A stretch of DNA of 63,597 nt, counting the filler, from Caldilineae bacterium (GTDB lineage: Bacteria; Chloroflexota; Anaerolineae; DTLA01), in NCBI GenBank assembly GCA_037446815.1. It is 3 parts of 3 records of this genome, joined end to end, with 100 filler letters (N's around TTAATTAATTAA, not from the genome) between each part and the next. Parts side by side here need not be neighbours in the genome. Positions count along the whole stretch, not along the records: positions 23,905 to 47,679 come from JBBIHX010000034.1; 2 more parts are not named here. One strand, 5' to 3'. Shown here piece after piece: positions 26,206 to 36,200 of the stretch. Numbering within the stretch: position 1 is the stretch's first letter; every line of letters starts with the position of its first letter. A program made the position numbers and the translations under genes. Below the pieces are notes generated by a model, which did no database searches, had not been told where the DNA came from, and was given only the letters and a program-made list of their open reading frames with translations.

Positions 26206-27973
26206 CGTCCTGGGCCCCCGCATTGCGCTGCTCGTCATCGCCGTTGCCGCCGTGGCCGTGCGCCTGTACGGGCTAGACTGGGATGGCGGGCAGTGGATTC
26301 ATCCCGACGAGCGCATGATCCTGATGGTGGTGAGCAACCGCCTGGCCGTTCCCACGCCCGATCAGATGCCGCTCCTTCTCACGCCGCAAAGCCCGCTGAA
26401 CCCGTCGTTTCACGCTTATGGCTCGTTCCCCATGTACGTGCTGAAGGCGGGGCAGTTGCTGGCCGACGGAAGATTGCCTCTCCACATCTTGGCGCGGCTC
26501 CTGTCGGTGGCCTTTGACTGCGGGACGGTGCTGGTGGTGTATGCCCTCGCGGCCTCGCTGGCCGGTGCGTGGTGGGGGGCGCTCGCGGCGCTGCTGGTGG
26601 CCATCTCGCCCATCCACGTGCAGTTGGCGCACTATTTCACGGTGGACACCCTGCTCGCATTCTGGACCGCGCTGGCGGCGTGGATGGCTCTTCGCCTGGC
26701 CGCTACGGGCAGGCTCCGTTGGGCGCTGGCCCTGGGCGCGGTGGCGGGGCTGGCGATGGCGACGAAACTCATCGGCGCCATGCTCCTGTTGTTCGTCGCG
26801 CTGACCTTGCTTGCGCGGCTGCTGGGGAGCGGGCGCTGGACATGGAGGGCCGCCTGGCGCGCGGTGGGGTGGGTTTCTGCGGCAACGGGGGTCGCCCTGG
26901 CGGTGTTTGTCCTCGCCGACCCCTATGCGGTGATTGACGCCTGGGCCTTCTGGGGCGAGGCGGCCAACCAGGCCCTGATGGCTCGCGGCGATCCGCGCTT
27001 CCCGTACACGTTGCAGTTCTACTACACGCTCCCGTACCTCTACCCGCTCTGGCAGAACCTGACGCGGGGCTGGGGCATTGGGGCCGGACTCCTGGCGTGG
27101 GGCGGCCTGATTTGGGGGGCGATTCGCGCGGCGCGATTCCGCAGGCTGGATGGTTGGGGCATCCTGGCGGCCTGGGCGCTGGTGTTCTATCTCGTGGTGG
27201 GCGCGTGGCACGCCAAGTTCCCGCGCTACCTGCTCCCCATGATGCCGCTCCTGTGCGCGCTGGCGGCGGGGATGGTGGCGGCCGCCTGGCGCCGCTGGCG
27301 GGGGCGCGGACGGCGGGCGGGGATTGCCCTAGCGGCAGCGGCTCTTGTGGCGGCGACAGGCGTGTACGCGGTCGGCCTGGTTCAAACGTTCGGGGAGGAG
27401 CATCCGTGGGTGCGCATGTCCCGCTGGCTGTATGAGAACGTCCCGCCGCGGGCGAGCGTAGCCGTGGAGTACTGGGACATGGCGCTGCCCCTGCCGCTGA
27501 CGGTGGAGGGGCGGTCGCGCGATCGCGGCAATTACCGCCTGGCCGAGTTGAGCCTGTACGACGCGGACACGCCGGAGAAGTGGGAGGCGTTGGCCGAGAC
27601 GCTGGCCGCCACCGATTACTACATTGTGGCGTCGCAGCGCGTCTACGGCCCGGTGGGGTTGCTGCGGGACCTGTATCCAATCACGGCGCGGTTCTACGAG
27701 GCCCTGTTCCAGGAGCGGCTCGGCTTTCGCTTGGCCCGTTGGGAGGGCACGGATATGGCGATTCTGGGGCGGCGACTGGTGGAGAATCCCTTTGCGCGGG
27801 CGGGGCTGCTGGCGCCGGACGCCATCGCCGAGGCGTGGCGCAGAGGCGGAGCGTGGCTGCTGTCGGGGGCCGATGAGTCGTGGACGGTGTACGACCGCCC
27901 GCTGGTCATGGTGTTCCAGAACGAGGGCCGGCTGAGCGCGGAGGAGATTCGGTCCGCGCTGGGGGCAAGGTAG
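26195..27973 (+). CDS. GT-C/GT39 membrane glycosyltransferase (HPDE type)
   Basis: RLYGLDWD..IHPDER, SPLNP, QLAHYFTVDT, KFPRYLLP, DESWTVYD. Confidence 0.85.
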   Translation: MRRSVLGPRIALLVIAVAAVAVRLYGLDWDGGQWIHPDERMILMVVSNRLAVPTPDQMPLLLTPQSPLNPSFHAYGSFPMYVLKAGQLLADGRLPLHILARLLSVAFDCGTVLVVYALAASLAGAWWGALAALLVAISPIHVQLAHYFTVDTLLAFWTALAAWMALRLAATGRLRWALALGAVAGLAMATKLIGAMLLLFVALTLLARLLGSGRWTWRAAWRAVGWVSAATGVALAVFVLADPYAVIDAWAFWGEAANQALMARGDPRFPYTLQFYYTLPYLYPLWQNLTRGWGIGAGLLAWGGLIWGAIRAARFRRLDGWGILAAWALVFYLVVGAWHAKFPRYLLPMMPLLCALAAGMVAAAWRRWRGRGRRAGIALAAAALVAATGVYAVGLVQTFGEEHPWVRMSRWLYENVPPRASVAVEYWDMALPLPLTVEGRSRDRGNYRLAELSLYDADTPEKWEALAETLAATDYYIVASQRVYGPVGLLRDLYPITARFYEALFQERLGFRLARWEGTDMAILGRRLVENPFARAGLLAPDAIAEAWRRGGAWLLSGADESWTVYDRPLVMVFQNEGRLSAEEIRSALGAR

Positions 27974-28043
27974 GCCCGCGGGGCTGCGCGCACGGGTCTC
28001 ACCCCGTCAGAAGGCCGTTGGCCGAGGGTGAGGTGTGTCTACG

Positions 28044-28193
28044 GATTCGGTTTCATCTTGTGTTGGTGAACCGTAGGCGTACTCTCCTCGTGTGTCATTG
28101 CGAGCGAAGCGAAGCAATCGCACGCCCCGGAGATTGCTTCGGGCGCTCCGCGCCCTCGCAATGACAGCCACCAACAGACGCCGGAACCGAATC
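28044..28193. mobile_element. 150-bp MITE (degraded TSD)
   Basis: Terminal inverted repeats; flanks TGTCTACG / TGTCTGTG. Confidence 0.85.
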
Positions 28194-28208
28194 TGTCTGT
28201 GCGCGCAT

Positions 28209-28237
28209 TTGTCCCAGGCGGGGCAAAGGGTTATAAT
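28209..28237 (+). promoter_or_regulatory. sigma70 promoter of the glycosylation operon
   Basis: TTGTCC-N17-TATAAT. Confidence 0.6.
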
Positions 28238-28272
28238 GGCAGGCTGATTGAGGACGACACGAGGAGGGCTTT

Positions 28273-29310
28273 GTGGCCGGACCCAAAATACTCGTAACGG
28301 GTGGCGCCGGTTTCATCGGCTGCAACCTGGTCCACTCGCTTCTCTCCGATGGGTACGATGTTACCGTCTTTGACAACCTCTCGCGGAAGGGTTCCAAACT
28401 GAACGCGGCGTGGCTGGCTTCGGTGCACGGCAAGGCGTTTCGCCTTGTGGAGGGGGACGTGCGCGATTCCCGCGCCGTGGCCGAAGCCATTCGGGGCATG
28501 GATCGCATCTACCATTTCGCCGCGCAGGTGGCCGTTACGACCTCGGTGCAGGACCCGCGCGAGGACTTTGAAATCAACGCGCTGGGCACATTCAACGTGC
28601 TGGAGGCGGCGCGCACCGTTGCCGATCATCCGGTGGTGGTCTTCACCTCCACGAACAAGGTGTACGGCGGCATGGAGGATGTGGCCATTGTGGAATCGGC
28701 CACCCGCTACGAGTACCGCGACTTCCCCGACGGGATAGACGAGTCGCGCCCCCTGGATTTCCATTCGCCCTATGGCTGCTCCAAGGGCGCGGCCGACCAG
28801 TATGTGCGCGACTACTACCGCATCTACGGCATCCCCACCATCGTTTTCCGTATGAGTTGCATTTACGGCACGCGCCAGTTCGGGGTGGAGGATCAGGGCT
28901 GGGTGGCGCATTTCGTCATCTCGGCGGTGCGGAATCGGCCCATCACGATTTACGGCGACGGCAAGCAGGTGCGCGATATCCTGTTCGCCGACGATTTGGT
29001 TCGCGCGATGCGCATGGCGCCAGAACATCTTGACCGCACGGCGGGCCAGGTGTTCAACATCGGGGGCGGCGCGGCGAATACGATTTCCGTCTGGGCCGAG
29101 TTCAAGGAGATTCTGGGGCGACTGTCGGGCAAGCCGGTGGAGGCGGCCGCGTGGGGCCCCTGGCGGCCCGGCGATCAACTGGTGTACGTGAGCAACTGCG
29201 CCAAGGCCAAGGAGGCTTTCGGGTGGGAGCCTCGGGTCGGGAAGGAAGAGGGAATCGCGCGGCTGTGGCATTGGGTGCGCGAGAATCCTGAACTTTTCGC
29301 GAATCTGTGA
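28273..29310 (+). CDS. NAD-dependent epimerase/dehydratase, CDP-paratose 2-epimerase-like
   Basis: TGGAGFIG, AQVAVTTS, STNKVYG, LDFHSPYGCSKGAADQY, RMSCIYG, EDQGWVAHF, GDGKQVRD. Confidence 0.9.
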   Translation: MAGPKILVTGGAGFIGCNLVHSLLSDGYDVTVFDNLSRKGSKLNAAWLASVHGKAFRLVEGDVRDSRAVAEAIRGMDRIYHFAAQVAVTTSVQDPREDFEINALGTFNVLEAARTVADHPVVVFTSTNKVYGGMEDVAIVESATRYEYRDFPDGIDESRPLDFHSPYGCSKGAADQYVRDYYRIYGIPTIVFRMSCIYGTRQFGVEDQGWVAHFVISAVRNRPITIYGDGKQVRDILFADDLVRAMRMAPEHLDRTAGQVFNIGGGAANTISVWAEFKEILGRLSGKPVEAAAWGPWRPGDQLVYVSNCAKAKEAFGWEPRVGKEEGIARLWHWVRENPELFANL

Positions 29311-29322
29311 GCGGGGGATACG

Positions 29323-30477
29323 GTGAGGATTCTGTTTGCGCTGACCTACTACAGGCCCCACGTGTCGGGGCTGACGATATACGTTGAGCGGCTGGCCCAT
29401 GTGATGGCGGCGCGCGGGCACGAGGTAACGGTGCTGACTTCGCAGTACAGCAAGGACCTGCCTGCCGAGGAGGAGCACGAGGGCGTCCGCATCGTGCGGG
29501 TGCCGGTGGCGTGGCGCATCAGCAAAGGCGTGGTGATGCCCAAGTTCCCCGTGTACGCCTGGCGGGAGATTCGCCGCCACGACGTGGTGAGCATCCACCT
29601 GCCGCAGTTTGAGGCGAGCCTGTTGGCGCTCCTGTCGCGCTTGGCGGGGCGACCGCCGGTGCTGACGTACCACTGCGACTTACAACTGCCGCCTGGGTGG
29701 TTCAATCGCTTCGTCAATCAGGTGGTGTTCGTGAGCAACTACATCGCGGGGCTGCTGGCCAAGTCCGTCGTGGCGTACACCGAGGACTACGCGGAGAACT
29801 CGCCGTACCTGCGCAAGTTCACCCGCAAGCGGCACGTCATCCCGCCGCCGGTCATCATGCCGCCGGCCGATGCGGGCGGCTGCCAGGCGCTGCGCCAGGA
29901 GCACGACCTGGACGGCAAGAAGGTCATCGGGTTTGCGGCTCGTTTCGCCGCCGAGAAGGGCGTGGAATATCTCCTCGGCGCCATCCCGTACATTCTGACC
30001 GAGATTCCGAATATCAAGATTCTGTTCGCGGGCGAGTACCAGAACGTCATCGGCGAGCGGGTGTACGAGCGCCTGAAGCCGACGATGGACGAGTACGCCG
30101 AGTACTTGGCGTTTTTGGGGGTCCTTTCGCCGCAGAAGATGGCCGATTTCTTCTCGGTGTGCGACGTGGTGGTGCTGCCGAGCATCAACTCCACCGAGTC
30201 GTTCGGGTTGGTGCAGGTGGAAGCGATGCTGTGCGGGACGCCGGTGGTGGCCAGCAACCTGCCCGGCGTGCGCGTGCCCACGCGGGTAACGGGCATGGGG
30301 GAGACGGTGCCCATCCGCAACGAGGTTGCCCTGGCCGAGGCCATCGTCCGCGTCATCCGCAACCGCGCCGAGTACGTGCGCCCGCGCGAGGAGATTGAGC
30401 GCGCCTTCAGCCTGGAGACGACGCAGAAACTCTATGAAGAACTCTTTGAGCGCCTCACCGCCGGACGTTCCGGATAG
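29323..30477 (+). CDS. GT4 glycosyltransferase
   Basis: EKGVEYL, ESFGLVQVEAMLCGTPVVAS. Confidence 0.93.
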   Translation: MRILFALTYYRPHVSGLTIYVERLAHVMAARGHEVTVLTSQYSKDLPAEEEHEGVRIVRVPVAWRISKGVVMPKFPVYAWREIRRHDVVSIHLPQFEASLLALLSRLAGRPPVLTYHCDLQLPPGWFNRFVNQVVFVSNYIAGLLAKSVVAYTEDYAENSPYLRKFTRKRHVIPPPVIMPPADAGGCQALRQEHDLDGKKVIGFAARFAAEKGVEYLLGAIPYILTEIPNIKILFAGEYQNVIGERVYERLKPTMDEYAEYLAFLGVLSPQKMADFFSVCDVVVLPSINSTESFGLVQVEAMLCGTPVVASNLPGVRVPTRVTGMGETVPIRNEVALAEAIVRVIRNRAEYVRPREEIERAFSLETTQKLYEELFERLTAGRSG

Positions 30478-31270
30478 GGCGGACTACTTCGCCGCGCACT
30501 TGCCGTTGGTGCCGGCGTTTCGCGCGCTGATTCGCGCGGTGGAGTGTCGGCTCTTGGCCGGGGTGGAGATGCCGGAGCCCGTGCTGGACATCGGCTGCGG
30601 GGATGGCATCTTCGCGCAGGTGCTCGCGGGCGGGCGGTGGTTCGCGGGCGTGGACACCTGGGCCGAGGGGGTGCGGCAGGCCGCGGCCCGGGGCGCGTAT
30701 CGGCATGCGCTGGTTGCCAGCGGCACGCGCTTGCCCTTCGCCGACGGGGCATTCCGAACGGTCGTGAGCAACTGCGTGCTGGAGCACATTCCCGACGTGG
30801 ATGCGGTGCTGCGCGAGGCGAACCGCGTGCTTCGCATGGGCGGGCGATTCGTGCTCACGGTGCCGAGCCACCTGTTTGCGGAGATGCTGTTCGTGAGCAC
30901 CGCTTGCAGGCGGCTGGGGTTGCGGCGGCTCGCGCGCGCCTATGGCGACTGGTTCAACCGAAAAGCGCGGCACTACCACTGCGACCCGCCAGAGGCGTGG
31001 ATTGCGCGCCTGGACGATGCGGGGTTCGCGGTGGATCGGTGGCAGTACTACCTGTCGCACGCGGCGCTCCAGGCCATTGACGTGGCGCATTACTACGGGG
31101 TGCCATCCTTGCTTTGGAACAAGGTGCTGGGTCGGTGGAATATCGCCCAGGGCAGTTGGAACTACGTGGTGCCCCACCTGTGGCTGCGGCGGTATTACGA
31201 GGAGCCGTCGCCGAATCCCGGAGGGTACATCTTCTTCGCGGCCACGAAAACGCGTGAGTTGGAGCAGTGA
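30434..31270 (+). CDS. class I SAM-dependent methyltransferase
   Basis: VLDIGCGDG, LPFADGAF, SNCVLEHIPD, RVLRMGG. Confidence 0.9.
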   Translation: MKNSLSASPPDVPDRADYFAAHLPLVPAFRALIRAVECRLLAGVEMPEPVLDIGCGDGIFAQVLAGGRWFAGVDTWAEGVRQAAARGAYRHALVASGTRLPFADGAFRTVVSNCVLEHIPDVDAVLREANRVLRMGGRFVLTVPSHLFAEMLFVSTACRRLGLRRLARAYGDWFNRKARHYHCDPPEAWIARLDDAGFAVDRWQYYLSHAALQAIDVAHYYGVPSLLWNKVLGRWNIAQGSWNYVVPHLWLRRYYEEPSPNPGGYIFFAATKTRELEQ

Positions 31271-31283
31271 GGAGCGAGCGGCG

Positions 31284-33284
31284 ATGACGCAAGGTATCCG
31301 CAGACCGTGGTTCGCACTGGGCCTCGCGTGCTGCCTGGCGCTGGCGCTGTGGGGGCAATACCTGTTCGCGCGGCAACGGCCCGCCTTCGCCGATGGGGTG
31401 GCGCTGTACGCCATCAGCGCCGTGCTGTTCCTGGTGCTGAACGGCATCGCCGACCGCGCGGGCGTCGGGGCGGCATCGGTTGAAGTGGGCGAAGGGGCGG
31501 CCCGCCCGGTGGTGTGGACGAGGCCGGTACGCATCGGGCTTGTGGCCGCGTCGTTGGTGTGCGCGGCGCTGTCGCTGCGAATTGCCATCTCTCGCCCGCC
31601 CACGTACTGGACGGCGTTCTCCCTGTGGCTTGCGAGCATCGCAATCTTCGTCGTGGCCCATGTGCACAGGCCCGTCTTCGCCGGCTGGGCTGCCCTCAAG
31701 CGCCGGGCCTACGACAACCGCTGGGAAATCGCGGCGGTGGCCCTGATGTTGATTGCGGGGGCTTTGCTGCGGGGCGTCAACCTGGCCCAGGTGCCCGCCA
31801 ACGTGGGCGGCGACGAAGGCTCGCAGGGGCTGGAGGCCATTGACTTCCTCACGGGCGCCAAGACCAACATGTTTGAAACCGGCTGGCTGGGCGTGCCGAC
31901 GATGTCCTTCCTCTGGCAGGCGCTGTGGTTCAAGGTCTTCGGCGTCAGCGTAACGACGCTGCGGTTGCCGTGGGCGTTCGTGGGCACGGTTACCATCCTG
32001 GTCTTCTACCTCCTGGTGCGGCGGCTGCTGGGGAAGCGGCTCGCCCTCATTAGCGCCATCTTCCTGACGACGTACCATTACCACATCCACTACAGCCGAC
32101 TGGGTTCCAATCAGGTGGCCGATGCGCTGTTCATGGCGCTGGTGTTGTACTTTCTGGCGCGCGGGTTGTCCACGCGCCAGCCGCTGGACTTTGCCCTGGC
32201 GGGGGTATTCCTCGGCGCGAGCATCTACTTCTACGCGGGGGCGCGCCTGACGTTCGTCGTGGTCGCCGCGTACTTGGTGCTGGTGGGCCTGCTGGATGAG
32301 CGCGCCCTTCGGGGGCAGGCGTCCAACCTGCTGGTGATGGCCGGGGCGGCGTTTGTGGTGGCGCTGCCATTGGGCTACTTCTACTACAAGCATCCCGACG
32401 ATTTCAACGCGCGGCTGAACATGGTGGGCATCATCCAGTCCGGCTGGCTGGAGCGCGAGGTGCAAATCACGGGGCGCCCCATGATTCGCATCCTGGCCGA
32501 TCAGTTCCAGCGGGCGTTCTTCGCGTTCAACTACTACCACGACCGAACCGTGTGGTATGGCGCAACAATCCCGCTGATGGACTTCGCGTCGTCGGTATTC
32601 TTCCTGCTGGGGCTTGTGTTGGCGACGTTCCGCTGGCGGCGCAGGGGGTATCTGCCTTTTCTCGTCTGGTTCTGGCTCGGCCTGATTCTGGGCGGGATGA
32701 TGACCGAAAGCCCGCCCAGCAGCCAGCGGCTCATCACCCTGGCGCCCTCGGCGAGCCTGTTCGCGAGCCTGGCCCTCACGCGGACATGGGACATGTTCGG
32801 GGCGGCGCTGGGCAAGGCGCGCGCGTGGAGCGATCGCCTGGTGGCCGTTTCGCTGGTGTGCCTGGCGCTCATCGGCACGGTGTACTACTTCCATCGGCTG
32901 ATGCCCAAGCGGTTGTACGGCAGCCTCAACGGCGAGGTGGCGACGGAGATGGGTTACTACCTGCGCGAACTGGGGCCGGACTATCGGTGCTACTTCTTCG
33001 GGCCGGGGCGCATGTACTACGGTTTCTCCACAATCCCGTTTATCGCGCGGGGCGTGGAGGGCATGGACGTGCTCCAGCCGATTTCCGAGCCGCCCGATTT
33101 CGTGCTGCCGGACAAAGGGGCTGTCTTCGTGTTCTTGCCGGAGCGCCTGTGGGAATGGAACTTCGTCAAGGCGAAATACCCGGGGGGCACGATTCGGGAT
33201 TTCGCCCACGCCCAGTCGCAGGATTTGCTGTTCACGGCGTATGTGGTGCCGCGCAACATCGTGGAAGCGGCGTCCAGTCCGTAG
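31284..33284 (+). CDS. GT-C/GT39 membrane glycosyltransferase
   Basis: Multi-TM; LRGVNL..PANVGGDEG, LRLP, HIHYSR; ATG 31284 after AGGAG. Confidence 0.82.
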   Translation: MTQGIRRPWFALGLACCLALALWGQYLFARQRPAFADGVALYAISAVLFLVLNGIADRAGVGAASVEVGEGAARPVVWTRPVRIGLVAASLVCAALSLRIAISRPPTYWTAFSLWLASIAIFVVAHVHRPVFAGWAALKRRAYDNRWEIAAVALMLIAGALLRGVNLAQVPANVGGDEGSQGLEAIDFLTGAKTNMFETGWLGVPTMSFLWQALWFKVFGVSVTTLRLPWAFVGTVTILVFYLLVRRLLGKRLALISAIFLTTYHYHIHYSRLGSNQVADALFMALVLYFLARGLSTRQPLDFALAGVFLGASIYFYAGARLTFVVVAAYLVLVGLLDERALRGQASNLLVMAGAAFVVALPLGYFYYKHPDDFNARLNMVGIIQSGWLEREVQITGRPMIRILADQFQRAFFAFNYYHDRTVWYGATIPLMDFASSVFFLLGLVLATFRWRRRGYLPFLVWFWLGLILGGMMTESPPSSQRLITLAPSASLFASLALTRTWDMFGAALGKARAWSDRLVAVSLVCLALIGTVYYFHRLMPKRLYGSLNGEVATEMGYYLRELGPDYRCYFFGPGRMYYGFSTIPFIARGVEGMDVLQPISEPPDFVLPDKGAVFVFLPERLWEWNFVKAKYPGGTIRDFAHAQSQDLLFTAYVVPRNIVEAASSP

Positions 33285-33296
33285 GGACGGCTGGGC

Positions 33297-36200
33297 ATGG
33301 GGCTTGCAGGCGATCCTATGAACGATTCGCTCATGACACCTAATCGGCGAAGGGTTTTGGACATGGCGTTTGCGTCGCTGAAACGATGGATTGCACAGGG
33401 AATGCGGGCGGCCGCGGCCGGGGCGCGCTGGCTGCTTGACCCCGGCCACAGCGCGCTGGTGCTGGCCGTGATTTTGGCGGCGGCTCTGGCGCTGCGCCTG
33501 GTGGGGCTGGACTGGGACAAGGGCAACGGGATTCACCCCGACGAGCGGTTCCTTCGGATGGTGCTGAACGACATCCGCTGGCCCAAGTCCATCGGAGAGT
33601 ACTTCAACACGGCTCAGTCGCCGCTGAACCCGCGCAACAAGAACTTCACGTTCTGGGTGTACGGCGAGTTGCCGCTGTTCCTGGTGCACCGGCTGGGCGA
33701 CCTGCTGCACAAGTCGGGGTACGGCGAGATTCACCTGGTGGGGCGAGCGGCGTCGGCGCTGGCCGATGTGGGGTCGGTGCTGGTCATCTACCTCCTCGGC
33801 AAGCGGCTGTACTCCAAGAAGGTGGGGCTCATCGCGGCGGGCTTGCTGGCGTTTACCGCGCTGGACATCCAACTGTCGCACTTCTTCGCGGTGGATACGT
33901 TCGCGGCATTCTTCGCGACGCTGGGCCTTCTGTGCGCCGTGTACGCGGCGGAGAAGGGGGGCTGGTGGCAGTTCTTCGTGCTGGGCGTGGTCGTGGGGGC
34001 CGGGATGGCGTCCAAAATCAGCATGGCGGCGTTCGGCGCGGTGGCGGGACTGGCCTGGCTGCTGTTCGCCTTGCGCACCCGCCGCGAGGAGTTCTGGGCC
34101 GAGCGGGTGGTGCTGCGGCTGGGGCTGCTGGGGCTGGGCGTGCTCCTGGCGTTCCGCGTGTTCCAGCCCTACGCTTTTTCGGGGCCGAGTTTCCTGAACT
34201 TCACCCTGTCGCCGGACTTCTTGGCGAACATGAAGGAGGCCCAGGGCTACCAGACCGGCAAGTTTGACCCGCCGTGGGGGTTCCAGTGGGCCAACCGCAC
34301 GCCGTACATTTTCCCGCTGTACAACATGGTGCTTTTCGGGATGGGCGTGCCGATGGCGCTGGCCGCCTTCGTGGGGTGGGCCGCCGCGGGCTGGGAGATG
34401 GTGTCCCAGAAGCGAATGACGCACCTGCTGCCGTGGGCGTGGGTAACGCTGCTGTTCGTCTACCAAGGCGGGCAGTTCGTGAAGTCCATGCGCTATTTCA
34501 TCCCCATCTATCCGGTGATGGCGCTGCTGGCGGCATTCGGCCTCGCGTGGGTGTACCGCCAGGCTCGGGAGCGCGGCACGCTGGCCAGGCGGGCGGCGGC
34601 GCTGCTGGCGGTGCTGGTGGTGGCCAGCACGGCGGTGTACGGCACGGCCTTCGCCACCATCTACACGCGCCCGCACCCGCGCATGGCCGCAAGCGACTGG
34701 ATTTACGAGAACGTGCCCATGGTGGCCACGCTGCACTACCGCACCCAGGACGGAACGGTGCGGCAGTATCAGTTGGGCATTCCGCATGGGCAGATTCTGT
34801 CGCCCACGTCGCCGGTCTTCGTGTCGTTCTCGCTGCCCGAGGGCGGCGACATCGTGGACGTTACGCTGAATCGCCTGCGGAGCGATGGGACTGGCGCCAG
34901 CACCTTGCGCGTGGAGATCGCCCGCGAGATGTGGCCCGACGACACGCTGGCCTCGGCGGAGTTGAGCGGTATCTTCGCGCCCGGTGCGGAGGGCAAGGGG
35001 CGCGCCTATCGGCTGGACATGAGCGGCCTGACCATGGCGCCCGGCGTGCGCTACGTGGCGAAGTTCTCGGTTACCGAGGGCGCGTCGCTCATCGCCGAGA
35101 GCAGCACCATTCTGCAGGAGACCTACGACGACCCCAAGGTGCCCTTCAGCGAGGCGGGACGGGATCCGTTCCGCAATTACAACATCCCCGAGTTGCGGGT
35201 GTACGATGACGAGAACCCCGACAAACTGCGCCACTTCCAGGAGATGCTGACGCAGGCCGACTACATCTGCTTCACGAGCCAGCGCGGCTACGGGTCTATA
35301 CCGCGAATGGCGGCGCGGTTCCCCATGGCGACCAAGTTCTACCAGATGCTGTTCGCGGGACAGTTGGGGTTCAAACTCGTGGGCGAGTTCACGTCGTATC
35401 CCCAACTGGACGGGCTAGTCTTCAACGACGACAAGTCCGAGGAGGCCTTCACGGTCTACGATCACGCCAAGGTTCTGCTGTTCCAGAAGGTGCAGCCGAT
35501 TACGGCGGAGCAGATTGCCGCAGCGATCGCCCCCGCCGACTGGAACGCGATCCCGCGCTACACGGCGAAGCAGGCGGCCAAGTACAAGACGCTCCTGCTG
35601 AGCCCCGAGGATTTGATTATCCAGCAGCAGGGCGGCACGTGGCGGGAGATTTTCAATCCCAACTCGTGGGTGAATCGCGTGCCCACGCTGGTGTGGCTGC
35701 TGCTGGTGGAATTGCTTGGCGTGCTGGGCTTCCTCATCGGCTTCCCGCTGTTCCGCCACATGGTGGATCGGGGATACGCGCTGTCCAAGACCTTCGGCAT
35801 TCTGCTCCTGGTGTTCGTCAGTTGGATTGTGGTGGCGCTGAAGATGGCGTGGTTCACGCGCCTCACCATCGGGATGGCGTTGCTGCTGCTGGCGGTGGCT
35901 GCCGGCGGCGTGGCCTACGCCAAGCGGGAGGAGTTGCGCGCGTTTCTGAAGGAGCGCTGGCGGCATCTGGCAGCGGTTGAGGCCATCTTCCTCGTGCTGT
36001 TCTTCGTGTGGTGGCTCATTCGGCGGGGCAACCCAGACCTGTGGCATCCCTACCTGGGCGGCGAGAAGCCGATGGAGTTCGCGTACCTCAACGCGGTCAT
36101 CAAGAGCACGACCTTCCCGCCGTATGACCCGTGGTTTTCGGGCGGCTACATGAACTACTACTACTGGGGGCAGATCATCGTCGGGACGCTCATCAAGTTC

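Noticed and set aside
30954..35405. 1483-aa minus-strand ORF (and similar ones at 44316-47042, 56662-58749, 38674-40278)
   Set aside because: Antisense shadows of well-supported plus-strand genes in high-GC DNA; no recognisable motifs.
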